A DNA stretch of 64,000 nucleotides from the sequence record NC_042013.1; one strand, written 5' to 3'. Of this stretch, positions 12,601 to 21,044 are shown piece by piece. The translations under genes were made by a program, and so were the position numbers. Numbering within the stretch: position 1 is the first letter of the stretch; every line of letters begins with the position of its first letter. The notes below the pieces were generated by a model. It searched no databases, was not told where the DNA came from, and was given only the letters and a program-made list of their open reading frames with translations.

Positions 12601-13389
12601 ATTGTATTGATTGCTTAATACGCGAACCGGAATAATGGTCGATCCAAAAGCAACACCAACATTCAATCCTGCGGCGATAGATGCAACGTGCGTTCCATGA
12701 TCGTCAACACCATAAAGATAAATGTTACCATCATCTGGATACCCGTAAAGTGGATCACCAATCTCACGAAATGCATCATATGACAAACTTTGATCAATTC
12801 GACCTACGAATTCGCTATGGTTCATTAAGATACCGGAGTCAACGATGAACATATTAACACCAGCGCCATTTTTTGTCGCTTTAATAGTTCCAAATTTCGT
12901 AGCTCGTTTATGATGAATTCGGTTCAAACCCCAATTGGTTTGATCGGTTGGCTGCGTTCTTACAAATTCCTTTCTGTATGTTTCTTGTATAGAAACAATC
13001 AAGTCATATGGGGCATTCGTTAAATTATCATTAATAAATTCAAGCTGGTCATCGTTTAATGACACTAAAAGATTAATTTCATCTTCGGTGAACGGCGATA
13101 CATCAAGATCGACAACAATCTGCTTCAAAACATCATTAAAATCAGTTCCTGAAGCAAATTCTATCTTGTAAAGTTTGTTTTCTTGTGGTCGAACGGACGT
13201 ATTCTTTTCTATCTTTAGAATGCCACGTTTACCATTTAACTCATCAACTATATCCGAAGTACAAGAAATCGTTAACAACGTTGGGATATTTTTCCAACCA
13301 TTGACAACGATTCCATATTTATATTTTACATATTTTGCAATCTGCAATGACGATTTCTCGTCCGCAGTATGAATGATATAATTATTCAT
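9634..13389 (-). CDS. S8 subtilisin-like serine protease fused to Ig/cadherin-like repeats and a probable virion domain
   Basis: Catalytic triad motifs IVDSGI, DHGTHVAS, GTSMAAPFVSG; Ig-like repeats (GSLPPGIVL, LPAGLDLDAETGLIKG); located in tail gene block. Confidence 0.9.
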   Translation of the reverse strand: MNNYIIHTADEKSSLQIAKYVKYKYGIVVNGWKNIPTLLTISCTSDIVDELNGKRGILKIEKNTSVRPQENKLYKIEFASGTDFNDVLKQIVVDLDVSPFTEDEINLLVSLNDDQLEFINDNLTNAPYDLIVSIQETYRKEFVRTQPTDQTNWGLNRIHHKRATKFGTIKATKNGAGVNMFIVDSGILMNHSEFVGRIDQSLSYDAFREIGDPLYGYPDDGNIYLYGVDDHGTHVASIAAGLNVGVAFGSTIIPVRVLSNQYNTGLIQLIDAVDWIIETHQTLGKPSVVNMSFIVETPEISSTVEVLTSSLIAAGVILVVSAGNQKTDAFFISPANAGSRRVVSTQANGAVIDTLYDPSIKPIVVSASGTITSTRDTVWANGNYGEVVDIFAPGENIYGASLYYSDDIPDFTKERYDIKTGTSMAAPFVSGVAALYLEQNPSLTNDELRKILIDDSTKNIFSLLETINPRIDYDYFDANGDKLTILNTNVQSPNRMLYIWHVLTDFVWDDFSIEMNEQSYLTYDVPVYCTDYYGEFHQSLYTVSDIEDVIPVGINVHTGFELVSENGAYKTYKSPAVLDISTPNLVNDTTSTFMLAATDNRIISYKRFNILVKNVPTPPVWVSPDTGKLLSYNIKKGDILNQSIISFVVSQEDNLPITFSMSPISGSLPPGIVLSQNGNVGYLEGIVGAIPYTSSTTLYEFVIRATASNGLIAERYFSLTGEYVNEYHKFVDIWLSSLFEIDPVNYPGVLELPVAGQGNSYSTLIEVENPDNDYLEYTIHPITEIIPGAGVFNGELPTELRIDSNGNLRGIVDPAEELGTYYFIIEVTDPHGYSISQKFAIIVREEISTISDGDQILWITPAGEIGRLFETYPSYCYVEAKSASGAPITYTLAPGSGDLPAGLDLDAETGLIKGKAPLVEADVTYTFTIRARVGSRYVDRIFSIRVIDIYDNVAIMNVRANVTGYQRIDLGTFAWSNNSFDRTKIFRLTDPNFGLPKEQYLYIVNGLNTATDAKIMDFLDDYHLRMNLILGPLKTVSVYEPETNKHIYDVVYISIVDQMRKAGGFDNGAEQQLLEVQKNPYDVDYYNENTGNQRYFPNSLENVRQDFINTSDNRDAPGLANNEGLPLWMRSIGGYEPGIILAYAQPGYGRTILNAIVNTGYNEKIIGTIFEVDRYYISKFEEGVSTQFDVVNGVPTTHFDDPNIPAWNNEDFSMYSQATIFDLSTVELGKYYKFPKDDKNILADRAANQHR

Positions 13390-13432
13390 TTATAACTCCA
13401 CGATATATTGTATTTACCGAGGAGTTAGTTTG

Positions 13433-13732
13433 TTATTTTACATTTCCATAAAGCAAATCAAGCAACAGCTTTTCCTCTGCGCGGTCCTTGAAATCTGGAT
13501 TGTATCGATCAATAGTATCAATAGGTGCTTCTGTATAACCGTCTTTAATCTTTTCCCTCATTTTTTTAAGGGAAATATTATAGGTACGGTCATATTTGAA
13601 AGTCATCTTCTTTTCTTCACCGTTACGACCCCACGCACGATAATACTTATCGCCAGTGCGAATGATTGCCCAAAACTTATTACTTCGCGGACTTTTGTAA
13701 TAAAGAAAATTTACAATCTCAAATTTACTCAT
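13433..13732 (-). CDS. WGR-domain protein
   Basis: SNKFWAI...YRAWGRNG motif. Confidence 0.7.
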   Translation of the reverse strand: MSKFEIVNFLYYKSPRSNKFWAIIRTGDKYYRAWGRNGEEKKMTFKYDRTYNISLKKMREKIKDGYTEAPIDTIDRYNPDFKDRAEEKLLLDLLYGNVK

Positions 13733-14120
13733 TTAAAATCTCCATTTTTTCTGTTAGCACGCTAATTTGTTCTTCTGGTTCATATATCTCAGTCAATTTT
13801 GTTGACACGATAGTAAATTGAATCTTTTCGGTTTTCGATGGTTGCGATTCTGAATTTGTACTCAGTACCATTCTACAAATTGCTCCTTCAGGAACCAAAT
13901 TCCAAGGAGTTATAGACATTACACTAATTGAGTCTTGATGGCTATCAAAGATAAATTTAAAATCATTGAAAGGAATGAAATCGCTTGAAAATTCAGACGA
14001 GAAACCATTCCACCCCCATTCAATTTTATTTGATTTGAATATAATCGACCGTACTCTCTTTTGAGAGTATATATTTGTTAAAAAATTAACAATCTCTTTT
14101 TTATATTCAAGATTTTCCAT
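13725..14120 (-). CDS. SDhhP-family small protein, block A
   Basis: FSSDFIPF; start chosen at MENLEYKK (ORF track start 14171). Confidence 0.7.
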   Translation of the reverse strand: MENLEYKKEIVNFLTNIYSQKRVRSIIFKSNKIEWGWNGFSSEFSSDFIPFNDFKFIFDSHQDSISVMSITPWNLVPEGAICRMVLSTNSESQPSKTEKIQFTIVSTKLTEIYEPEEQISVLTEKMEILNE

Positions 14121-14508
14121 CAAGATCAGCCAATACCGCATCCAAAAGTTCAGGGTTCTTTTCAAGTTCACGGCGAAGACGTTTCAAACGATTCTCTTCA
14201 CGCTTTTCCGCAGCTTTTTTAAGACGCTTCGTATTTTCCTCTACGCGCTTACGTTCTTTTTCAACATCAGCAGCAATCAACTCTTTAATAGATGTGATAC
14301 GCTGATGTACAGAGACCGAATCCTTCCTCAAAAGAACAGGATAACCTTCTGTAGCTCTATTAAACAATCGATACAGATTGTTCTTCAAAAAGTTGTACTC
14401 TTCCTCGGTAATTGTTTCCCAATCACTGATAGAATTGATCGTTTCAACACTATTCCACTCATCATCATAACTGGACGAGGACGCCATAAAAATTTTTACC
14501 TCTGGCAT
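14107..14508 (-). CDS. Hypothetical protein with coiled-coil C-terminus
   Basis: RBS AAGGAG; EKERKRVEE..KKAAEKREE. Confidence 0.75.
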   Translation of the reverse strand: MPEVKIFMASSSSYDDEWNSVETINSISDWETITEEEYNFLKNNLYRLFNRATEGYPVLLRKDSVSVHQRITSIKELIAADVEKERKRVEENTKRLKKAAEKREENRLKRLRRELEKNPELLDAVLADLDGKS

Positions 14509-14542
14509 TCATAATCTCCTTATAAGGTTTTTTTAAAGAATA

Positions 14543-14842
14543 CTATTCAGTATCAATGTTGTCAATACTCAAAATCTTTTTAAAAAATTCTCTGTGATTT
14601 TCACCATCAGGTGTTATGGTTAACCTGAAAGTTCCATCCCATTGATACGCATCAAAATAATAGGCGTCGACGTAGAAATCACAGACAGGTATAAGATCGG
14701 ATAGTAGTGGACCATTCGTATATGCAACGTTCTGACAATACATCCAACCACGTTCTTTATCATACCCAAACCACGAATTGGTATATGGACGACTGGTATA
14801 TTTCAAAATAAGGTCAATGATAATATCTTTATAGTCATCCAT
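14543..14842 (-). CDS. SDhhP-family small protein, block A
   Basis: LLSDLIPV. Confidence 0.75.
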   Translation of the reverse strand: MDDYKDIIIDLILKYTSRPYTNSWFGYDKERGWMYCQNVAYTNGPLLSDLIPVCDFYVDAYYFDAYQWDGTFRLTITPDGENHREFFKKILSIDNIDTE

Positions 14843-15152
14843 CTTTTGTTATCTCAAAATACCTACCAAATTTAGTAAAGTATTGTTCGTTATATTTGCG
14901 CTCATACTTGTTCCAAAAAGAAATAATTGTACCATTAAACGAATGTCCAAGAGTCATATCATCCAAAACACCATTCACATCAAGATAAGGAAATAGATCA
15001 GAAAATTTATATTCAGTTTCGAGACTGAAATTCTTGTAATTGACCGACCATTTACCATCTTGATAATAAATCAACAAGTAATTATTGAAGTTTCTTCTCA
15101 ATATGACAATAAGTTCTCTTTGTAAATAACGCAAATATTCTTCGTCAGTCAT
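14835..15152 (-). CDS. SDhhP-family small protein, block A
   Basis: KFSDLFPY; MTDEEY N-terminus. Confidence 0.75.
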   Translation of the reverse strand: MTDEEYLRYLQRELIVILRRNFNNYLLIYYQDGKWSVNYKNFSLETEYKFSDLFPYLDVNGVLDDMTLGHSFNGTIISFWNKYERKYNEQYFTKFGRYFEITKDG

Positions 15153-15161
15153 GCATCACCA

Positions 15162-15443
15162 TCACTTTTCCTTTGGAAATAATATTTCAACGAATTCATC
15201 TATTGTGTATCCAGCATTATCCGTAAATACCACCAATTCTCTTTTAGTCGTTAAGGCTATATTAATATCCATCATAAAAGGATAAAAGTCAACGAATGGT
15301 ATGATATCAGTCAGAATAATAGACCTAACATAGTTACCGCCGTATAATACCCACGATTCTCTAAAGTAAGCGACCTTATAATCATCAGTTATCATTTTAT
15401 GCATAAAGTTCAATACGTCTTTGGTATATTCTTTATCAGTCAT
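15162..15443 (-). CDS. SDhhP-family small protein, block A
   Basis: ILTDIIPF; MTDKEY N-terminus. Confidence 0.75.
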   Translation of the reverse strand: MTDKEYTKDVLNFMHKMITDDYKVAYFRESWVLYGGNYVRSIILTDIIPFVDFYPFMMDINIALTTKRELVVFTDNAGYTIDEFVEILFPKEK

Positions 15444-15766
15444 GTAATTACCATCTCATCTCTAAAGAATTCCAAAATTCCATCTATCGGAAGTGAAAAT
15501 GCAGTACTATCTATTCGTCGGAGTTCTGCCATAATTGTATTGTTATGTATGAGAATACTAATATATGAATATTCCATTGTTGGAAGAGTTAAGTCTCTAA
15601 AAGGTATATAGTCACTTGTACAATTATCGTCGCAGTCATAATAAATTAAATTTTTACCGCCCTCGATTTCAACGGTATTGTCATTATAAATGGTAAATTC
15701 AGAAATAATACCTTCAGCTATCTTCTGAATGATATATTTGGCAATTTGTACATTATAGTTCATCAA
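15440..15766 (-). CDS. SDhhP-family small protein, block A
   Basis: TSDYIPF; TIYNDNTVEI. Confidence 0.75.
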   Translation of the reverse strand: MMNYNVQIAKYIIQKIAEGIISEFTIYNDNTVEIEGGKNLIYYDCDDNCTSDYIPFRDLTLPTMEYSYISILIHNNTIMAELRRIDSTAFSLPIDGILEFFRDEMVIT

Positions 15767-16083
15767 AGAAACCCAACAAACTCACGAAACCAACTTTTAC
15801 CATCGATAACGGCATTCAAGGCAGTATTTGATTTTTTTGAATACGTCAAATACACCCCTTCGGAAGTTGAGTAATTAAAGACTACGTATTTTATATCGCT
15901 GTCATTGAAATATATACTTTTTAATGGAATTGCATCTTCAATAGGATAAACCATTACGTCATTAGTTCCAAAGTAATCAATTTCAACCTGTTGATCGTCC
16001 CACAACGCGATATCGAATATATGTTTTGGATTGCGTTTCAGCAAATCACAAAAAAAATCATAAACAATATCCGAATAGTGCAC
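15763..16083 (-). CDS. SDhhP-family small protein, block A
   Basis: IEDAIPL; LWDDQQVEI. Confidence 0.75.
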   Translation of the reverse strand: MHYSDIVYDFFCDLLKRNPKHIFDIALWDDQQVEIDYFGTNDVMVYPIEDAIPLKSIYFNDSDIKYVVFNYSTSEGVYLTYSKKSNTALNAVIDGKSWFREFVGFL

Positions 16084-16132
16084 CTGACGAACTCCTCAAA
16101 AATTTTCATAAACGATATCATCATTTATGCCA

Positions 16133-16477
16133 TCAGTAAAGAGTTGTATTCTCAATAAACCATTCTCTGACGTTGTCCTCAACGTGCGTCACATAACCCT
16201 TATTATCTCTAACAGTTAGAGTGACATATGTGCTATAGGCATCGAACGTGATATATGCGAGGTTTTTTATCTTAATGGGATGTACGGGGAACATTGCATC
16301 GATTTGTTCACTATTTTGAACACCGTTGTTAAAATCTATTTCAACGTCTCCGTTATCATATATGGTGAAATCCCAAAAATCAGGCCACATCTTAAGAGCG
16401 AATGACACTAGGGTATCAAATACCAAACCTCTATATTGATTATCATTCATTTGACGCTCATGTTTCGTAAGAACCAT
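16133..16477 (-). CDS. SDhhP-family small protein, block A
   Basis: IDAMFPV; YRGLVFDTL, TIYDNGDVEI. Confidence 0.75.
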   Translation of the reverse strand: MVLTKHERQMNDNQYRGLVFDTLVSFALKMWPDFWDFTIYDNGDVEIDFNNGVQNSEQIDAMFPVHPIKIKNLAYITFDAYSTYVTLTVRDNKGYVTHVEDNVREWFIENTTLY

Positions 16478-16812
16478 TCTCGGATTAATGGTTCATCTTG
16501 TTTTTGATATATGCTTCCATAGCCATTCGCAACGTGATTTGAGAGACATTGATTAATTTTTCTATAAATCAATGAAGCATTATAATAGTTCCTACTAATA
16601 ACAATATCATTGAATGGGAATAAATCAGAAAAATCAGAGACTTCTCCTACAACTAGAAAACTATCACCAACCTCTATTTTTCCAGATTGATAGAATATTA
16701 TATCGAGAAAATAACCGTTATTACCCCATCGATATAGGGTGTCAAATACTAAACCTAAATAATCTTTATTAGTCATGGGTGAGTTCCATAGAAAACCAAC
16801 TACGCGTATCAA
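16447..16812 (-). CDS. SDhhP-family small protein, block A
   Basis: FSDLFPF; YLGLVFDTL (true start probably MTNKDY). Confidence 0.75.
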   Translation of the reverse strand: MIRVVGFLWNSPMTNKDYLGLVFDTLYRWGNNGYFLDIIFYQSGKIEVGDSFLVVGEVSDFSDLFPFNDIVISRNYYNASLIYRKINQCLSNHVANGYGSIYQKQDEPLIREWFLRNMSVK

Positions 16813-17077
16813 GAGGAGAAAGCTCTTTCCAACTCGCTTCCATATATCGTGTTCTAATAAAAAATTGTCCTAAATGGTTTTTGTCAAAATCGATATACCA
16901 AATATGTTTTCCAAAATACAAATTGTTCACCGGGAAAAAATCTGACAAATATCCATACTTACGGTCATTACCATCTTGTAAAAATACTTTACTGTCTCCA
17001 GACATCATTAATGTCCTCTCGCCCATAAATGGTATCAGCCGTTCAATTATAACACGAGCTTCTTGTACATAAGACAT
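16769..17077 (-). CDS. SDhhP-family small protein, block A
   Basis: LSDFFPV. Confidence 0.75.
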   Translation of the reverse strand: MSYVQEARVIIERLIPFMGERTLMMSGDSKVFLQDGNDRKYGYLSDFFPVNNLYFGKHIWYIDFDKNHLGQFFIRTRYMEASWKELSPLDTRSWFSMELTHD

Positions 17078-17376
17078 CAGAATACTTTCGTTTTCGACAT
17101 GACATAATCCATATAAATGCTAGGTTCAGTAGATTTGAACGCACGCCCAAAATCATTTGAAAACGCACTAATAACTATTTTGCCAAATTCTACATCAAAA
17201 AATATGGATTCTAAATTAGGGTCCAACGTTATTCCATTAACCGGGAGGTAGTCAGAAACGTCGCCCATTATAAAATCATTCTCGTATTCGATACGGATTT
17301 GATTATTATCCCAAATAATAAACGATACGAGATTTTTATTACGAACGCATTTTTCTGCATAGGAGAAAATGTTCAT
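17077..17376 (-). CDS. SDhhP-family small protein, block A
   Basis: VSDYLPV. Confidence 0.75.
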   Translation of the reverse strand: MNIFSYAEKCVRNKNLVSFIIWDNNQIRIEYENDFIMGDVSDYLPVNGITLDPNLESIFFDVEFGKIVISAFSNDFGRAFKSTEPSIYMDYVMSKTKVF

Positions 17377-17729
17377 TCAGCAATCTCCATAACTTTACTA
17401 AATTTAGTATTCAAATCTGTTTCATCCTCATATTCAAAACTATCACACTTACTAATCTTAGTAAGGAACAATCCTCCAGAATGTTTTATCAATCGGATAC
17501 TACTGTATCTGGTAGACAATGACAAGTTTTTGAAAGGAAAATAATCAGTGAAATTAGCACCGGTATGAAAGTGATATCCGTAAGGTCCACCATGAAATTC
17601 AACGGATACTACACCGTCGCCAAAAATAGTTATGCTACCATCTTGATAAGAACTATCAATCTGTTTAAACAAAAATTTAGCATACTGTTTAAGGTACACT
17701 ACGTCACTATGATATTGTTTTTGAACCAT
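17373..17729 (-). CDS. SDhhP-family small protein, block A
   Basis: FTDYFPF; TIFGDGVVSV. Confidence 0.75.
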   Translation of the reverse strand: MVQKQYHSDVVYLKQYAKFLFKQIDSSYQDGSITIFGDGVVSVEFHGGPYGYHFHTGANFTDYFPFKNLSLSTRYSSIRLIKHSGGLFLTKISKCDSFEYEDETDLNTKFSKVMEIAE

Positions 17730-18019
17730 AATTCTATATCATCCCCACGAACAGCTTTTCCTGACATCCCGTCTCGGTATGTAGTGTAAATCGACAGACC
17801 CCATATTTGATTTCGGACCATTGTTACCGACCATATAGTTTTGTCTCGTAAAAGGCAAGCCTTTACAGGAAAAAGGCTCGTGATATTCGTACTTGCATAT
17901 CTATCAAAATTAACAGACCCGTTATTAAAAATAGTTAACATTGACGGGCTGGCATCAATCGGTAGTAACTTGATAAGAACTGACGCTATATCGGAAGAAT
18001 AGTCTGCATCAGTTTTCAC
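17699..18019 (-). CDS. SDhhP-family small protein, block A
   Basis: ITSLFPV; TIFNNGSVNF. Confidence 0.72.
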   Translation of the reverse strand: MKTDADYSSDIASVLIKLLPIDASPSMLTIFNNGSVNFDRYASTNITSLFPVKACLLRDKTIWSVTMVRNQIWGLSIYTTYRDGMSGKAVRGDDIELWFKNNIIVT

Positions 18020-18335
18020 ATTCGTATTCCTTCACGTATAATTTTTGAAACTCAGATATAATATGTTCGTTACGAATATCTCTATATGACATACTATCGC
18101 CTACTCGTGTTACCATCGCAAACATCGTCCCGGCATACGACCACTCGATGTATTTCACAGGTGATCGAATAGAAAAATCATTAATTGGAACAATATCAGA
18201 TATCTTATTACTATAATTCCTACCAGACGTTAGTTTTCTAATAGGAGTTACCGCAAACCCATTCTTACTGGTCCAAACTATTCTAAGGCGATTGTTATTC
18301 CATAGGAATTCTTTTATTTCATCGAATGGCATCAT
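18009..18335 (-). CDS. SDhhP-family small protein, block A
   Basis: ISDIVPI. Confidence 0.75.
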   Translation of the reverse strand: MMPFDEIKEFLWNNNRLRIVWTSKNGFAVTPIRKLTSGRNYSNKISDIVPINDFSIRSPVKYIEWSYAGTMFAMVTRVGDSMSYRDIRNEHIISEFQKLYVKEYECEN

Positions 18336-18670
18336 TGGCGTTCCCCAATAATATATGAAAACACTATTTTTGCGGTATAGTTAGTATAATAAGTAGGGGA
18401 TTTTCTTTTATAAGAAAACATCATCGTTTTTATGTTTGGATCATCTGAGTGAAAATATAATGAATCAAAATCATAGGATGTTTTAATGATATCGACGTTC
18501 CTTATTGGCAGCAACCCGTCCAATTCTTTTGAATGGAACAATATTTTACCGCTATAATATGCTTGCCAACTCCATTTTTTACCATCATACCCAAGGTAAT
18601 GATTTTGATGTTTTCCAATACTATCAAAAAGAGTATCCCAAACATAATCAGAAAAATTTGCCATCAGCAT
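18332..18670 (-). CDS. SDhhP-family small protein, block A
   Basis: LDGLLPI; DYVWDTLF. Confidence 0.72.
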   Translation of the reverse strand: MLMANFSDYVWDTLFDSIGKHQNHYLGYDGKKWSWQAYYSGKILFHSKELDGLLPIRNVDIIKTSYDFDSLYFHSDDPNIKTMMFSYKRKSPTYYTNYTAKIVFSYIIGERQ

Positions 18671-19038
18671 ATCCCAAAATTCTTAACAAAAGCGTTACGA
18701 GCCTCTTTGTTGTTATAATCCCATTTTTCGTATTCGTTATCATAAAAAGTCAAAGATTCATTGTTGCTCAACGTCAACATAAAGTCAACCGATGTATATC
18801 CGTCTGTCTTATTAACAATATCAATTACAGGAATCATATCCGATAATTTCATAGATATATTAAAATTATTAACCAAACTATACAACGTCCAAACACTTGT
18901 TTGAACATCATAGGTCATAACCAAATCATAGTTAAAACACGGGCCGGTTAACTCCATGAACTTATCAAATAGCAAGTTAAGATATACATCCTCAGTCATC
19001 GGATATCCTAAAATTATATTTGAAAAATTCGATAGCAT
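18664..19038 (-). CDS. SDhhP-family small protein, block A
   Basis: LSDMIPV (true start probably MTEDVY). Confidence 0.75.
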   Translation of the reverse strand: MLSNFSNIILGYPMTEDVYLNLLFDKFMELTGPCFNYDLVMTYDVQTSVWTLYSLVNNFNISMKLSDMIPVIDIVNKTDGYTSVDFMLTLSNNESLTFYDNEYEKWDYNNKEARNAFVKNFGIC

Positions 19039-19348
19039 CTTTATTGAAATGTGTTAACGGTCTTTGATAATCGTTTGAATAATAATCAAGTACGACTTCG
19101 CAAAACTTGTTAGCTATAGAAATATTAACGGTCTCTAACGACTCTATATTCACAAATGGAAATAAATCAGTTATGGAAGTTGTTGTATGACATACCGAAT
19201 CATCATAATTAGCTAATTGCCAACCTTCGCTGCTATAGGTAAGGACGATATCATCTTCGAAGTCAACCAATCCCATAAATCGAACGATAGTTTTGAATGC
19301 GTGTTCGACATAATCTATTTCATTCATTATCAAATCCCTCAAAATCAA
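18992..19348 (-). CDS. SDhhP-family small protein, block A
   Basis: ITDLFPF (true start probably MNEIDY). Confidence 0.75.
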   Translation of the reverse strand: MILRDLIMNEIDYVEHAFKTIVRFMGLVDFEDDIVLTYSSEGWQLANYDDSVCHTTTSITDLFPFVNIESLETVNISIANKFCEVVLDYYSNDYQRPLTHFNKDAIEFFKYNFRISDD

Positions 19349-19658
19349 AAAAGGGTAATATCATCGCGCAGGCATTCATATAATGAGTAATCTTGTATGA
19401 TGAGGAAAAATTATCATTTTTTCCAACTGTGATAATTTCCAATTCGCCATATTGTGACATCGTCTGACCACGAAGTGGAGTTATTTTGAAACCACGTGTA
19501 GGTGAAATTATCGGTTTGTATGGGAATAGATCGGTAAAGTCAATTTCCGTTTTACCTACAATTTTCCATTCATCATTCATATAGAAATGATACCCTTTGT
19601 TATCGAAAAGGTATTTGCATAGATCATCGAAAATTTTAATTTTGTCAGTTTTTTTCAT
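19320..19658 (-). CDS. SDhhP-family small protein, block A
   Basis: FTDLFPY. Confidence 0.75.
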   Translation of the reverse strand: MKKTDKIKIFDDLCKYLFDNKGYHFYMNDEWKIVGKTEIDFTDLFPYKPIISPTRGFKITPLRGQTMSQYGELEIITVGKNDNFSSSYKITHYMNACAMILPFFDFEGFDNE

Positions 19659-19951
19659 TTGAAAAAGTTCCGGTATATGAAAAACAGATTCTTATAATGA
19701 CTATAATCAAGCTTTATACTACTCGATGACGAATCCTCGAAATAATAAAAGTCATTTCCTGCATGTTGGCTAAAGAAAAATTGATGATCAATATTAGTGG
19801 GTTCAAGATAGAATGGGAAATAGCTTGATACGTCATCATTAGTGACGCTATCCCTATTCTTAATCTTAAGTTGTTTTCGATGAAAAGATATGCTTATCAA
19901 ATGATGCAATAAAGCGTTACATACCATTTCGTATTCTTTTTCTTTATCCAT
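19655..19951 (-). CDS. SDhhP-family small protein, block A
   Basis: VSSYFPF. Confidence 0.7.
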   Translation of the reverse strand: MDKEKEYEMVCNALLHHLISISFHRKQLKIKNRDSVTNDDVSSYFPFYLEPTNIDHQFFFSQHAGNDFYYFEDSSSSSIKLDYSHYKNLFFIYRNFFK

Positions 19952-19960
19952 TACATTCTT

Positions 19961-20317
19961 TCAATAATAATAAATGTTCGATAAAACAGGTATTTCATCC
20001 AAGACATAAGTGTCCATAAAAAACGTGCGAGCTTCTTGTAAATCATGAGTTACATATATAGCCCCTTCGTTATACACCGTGATATATAAACCTCTCTCTT
20101 TATCCATACGAAATGTCATACACGTATACTCTGGTTTCCAAGATTTTATATTATGAAAAGGAATTGCATCCGAAGTTGCTCTCGATTCACCATCGACATT
20201 ATTGGCTACGAATGAAACAATACCGTCATGGTGCAATGATACGTATCTACCGCCATCATATTTCACAAATTTGATGACGTAATCAAACACCTTTCCAATA
20301 TACTCGCGCTCATCCAT
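19961..20317 (-). CDS. SDhhP-family small protein, block A
   Basis: TSDAIPF; MDEREYIG N-terminus. Confidence 0.75.
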   Translation of the reverse strand: MDEREYIGKVFDYVIKFVKYDGGRYVSLHHDGIVSFVANNVDGESRATSDAIPFHNIKSWKPEYTCMTFRMDKERGLYITVYNEGAIYVTHDLQEARTFFMDTYVLDEIPVLSNIYYY

Positions 20318-20670
20318 TACTTTCGTATCCTAAAATTATTAACGAACCATTCTTTTGCATCATCGTCTTCAATGAATGTTTTGTTCCATAATAAAACACC
20401 ATGATCATCAATAAAACCGATTGAGTACCTTATGTTATTAACATCGTGATCATAAAATATATCAAATTGTTTAAAATTGATATCATCAACAAATACTTGA
20501 AAAAATGGTATGACCTCAGTAATAGGTGTATGGCAAGTAGCTCTATAATTTTGATTGCTTCCACCGTACCAACTTATAGAATTTGAATTTGTAATACTTA
20601 TATAATCACCATTACGTACAACCGTTAACAGGTAATCAAACATCTCCCCAATATACTCGCGCTCATCCAT
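20317..20670 (-). CDS. SDhhP-family small protein, block A
   Basis: ITEVIPF; MDEREYIG N-terminus; RBS AGGAG. Confidence 0.75.
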   Translation of the reverse strand: MDEREYIGEMFDYLLTVVRNGDYISITNSNSISWYGGSNQNYRATCHTPITEVIPFFQVFVDDINFKQFDIFYDHDVNNIRYSIGFIDDHGVLLWNKTFIEDDDAKEWFVNNFRIRK

Positions 20671-20699
20671 TCACATCTCCTGATATCTATTAGTCAGGA

Positions 20700-20727
20700 A
20701 TAATAACATGTTTGGGATTTTTGTCAA
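20700..20727 (-). promoter_or_regulatory. Sigma70-type early promoter for block A
   Basis: TTGACA-N16-TATTAT with TG extension. Confidence 0.7.
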
Positions 20728-21044
20728 TAGATTCTGGTCGCAGGTGTGGCATAATTCCTGAAAGGACTCTAGGATTTCAGATGTACTACGTACATCTCTC
20801 TTCGAAATATCATTCGCTTATTTGCTAAAGCAAAACGCTACATTCATTTCGAAATCTAAATTTCTTAATAATTTGTAATTAGAGCAATCAAACACCTTCA
20901 GGTGTGCAGATGCTCGTAATTACTTGATGATTTAAAAGAATTTTATGCATGTAGCGAAAGCGAATGCATTAGTTCTCATAATCATTCAATCCCATATTTT
21001 TTTCTTTATTCATTACTCGATTAATTTATAAGATAATTTTTGTC

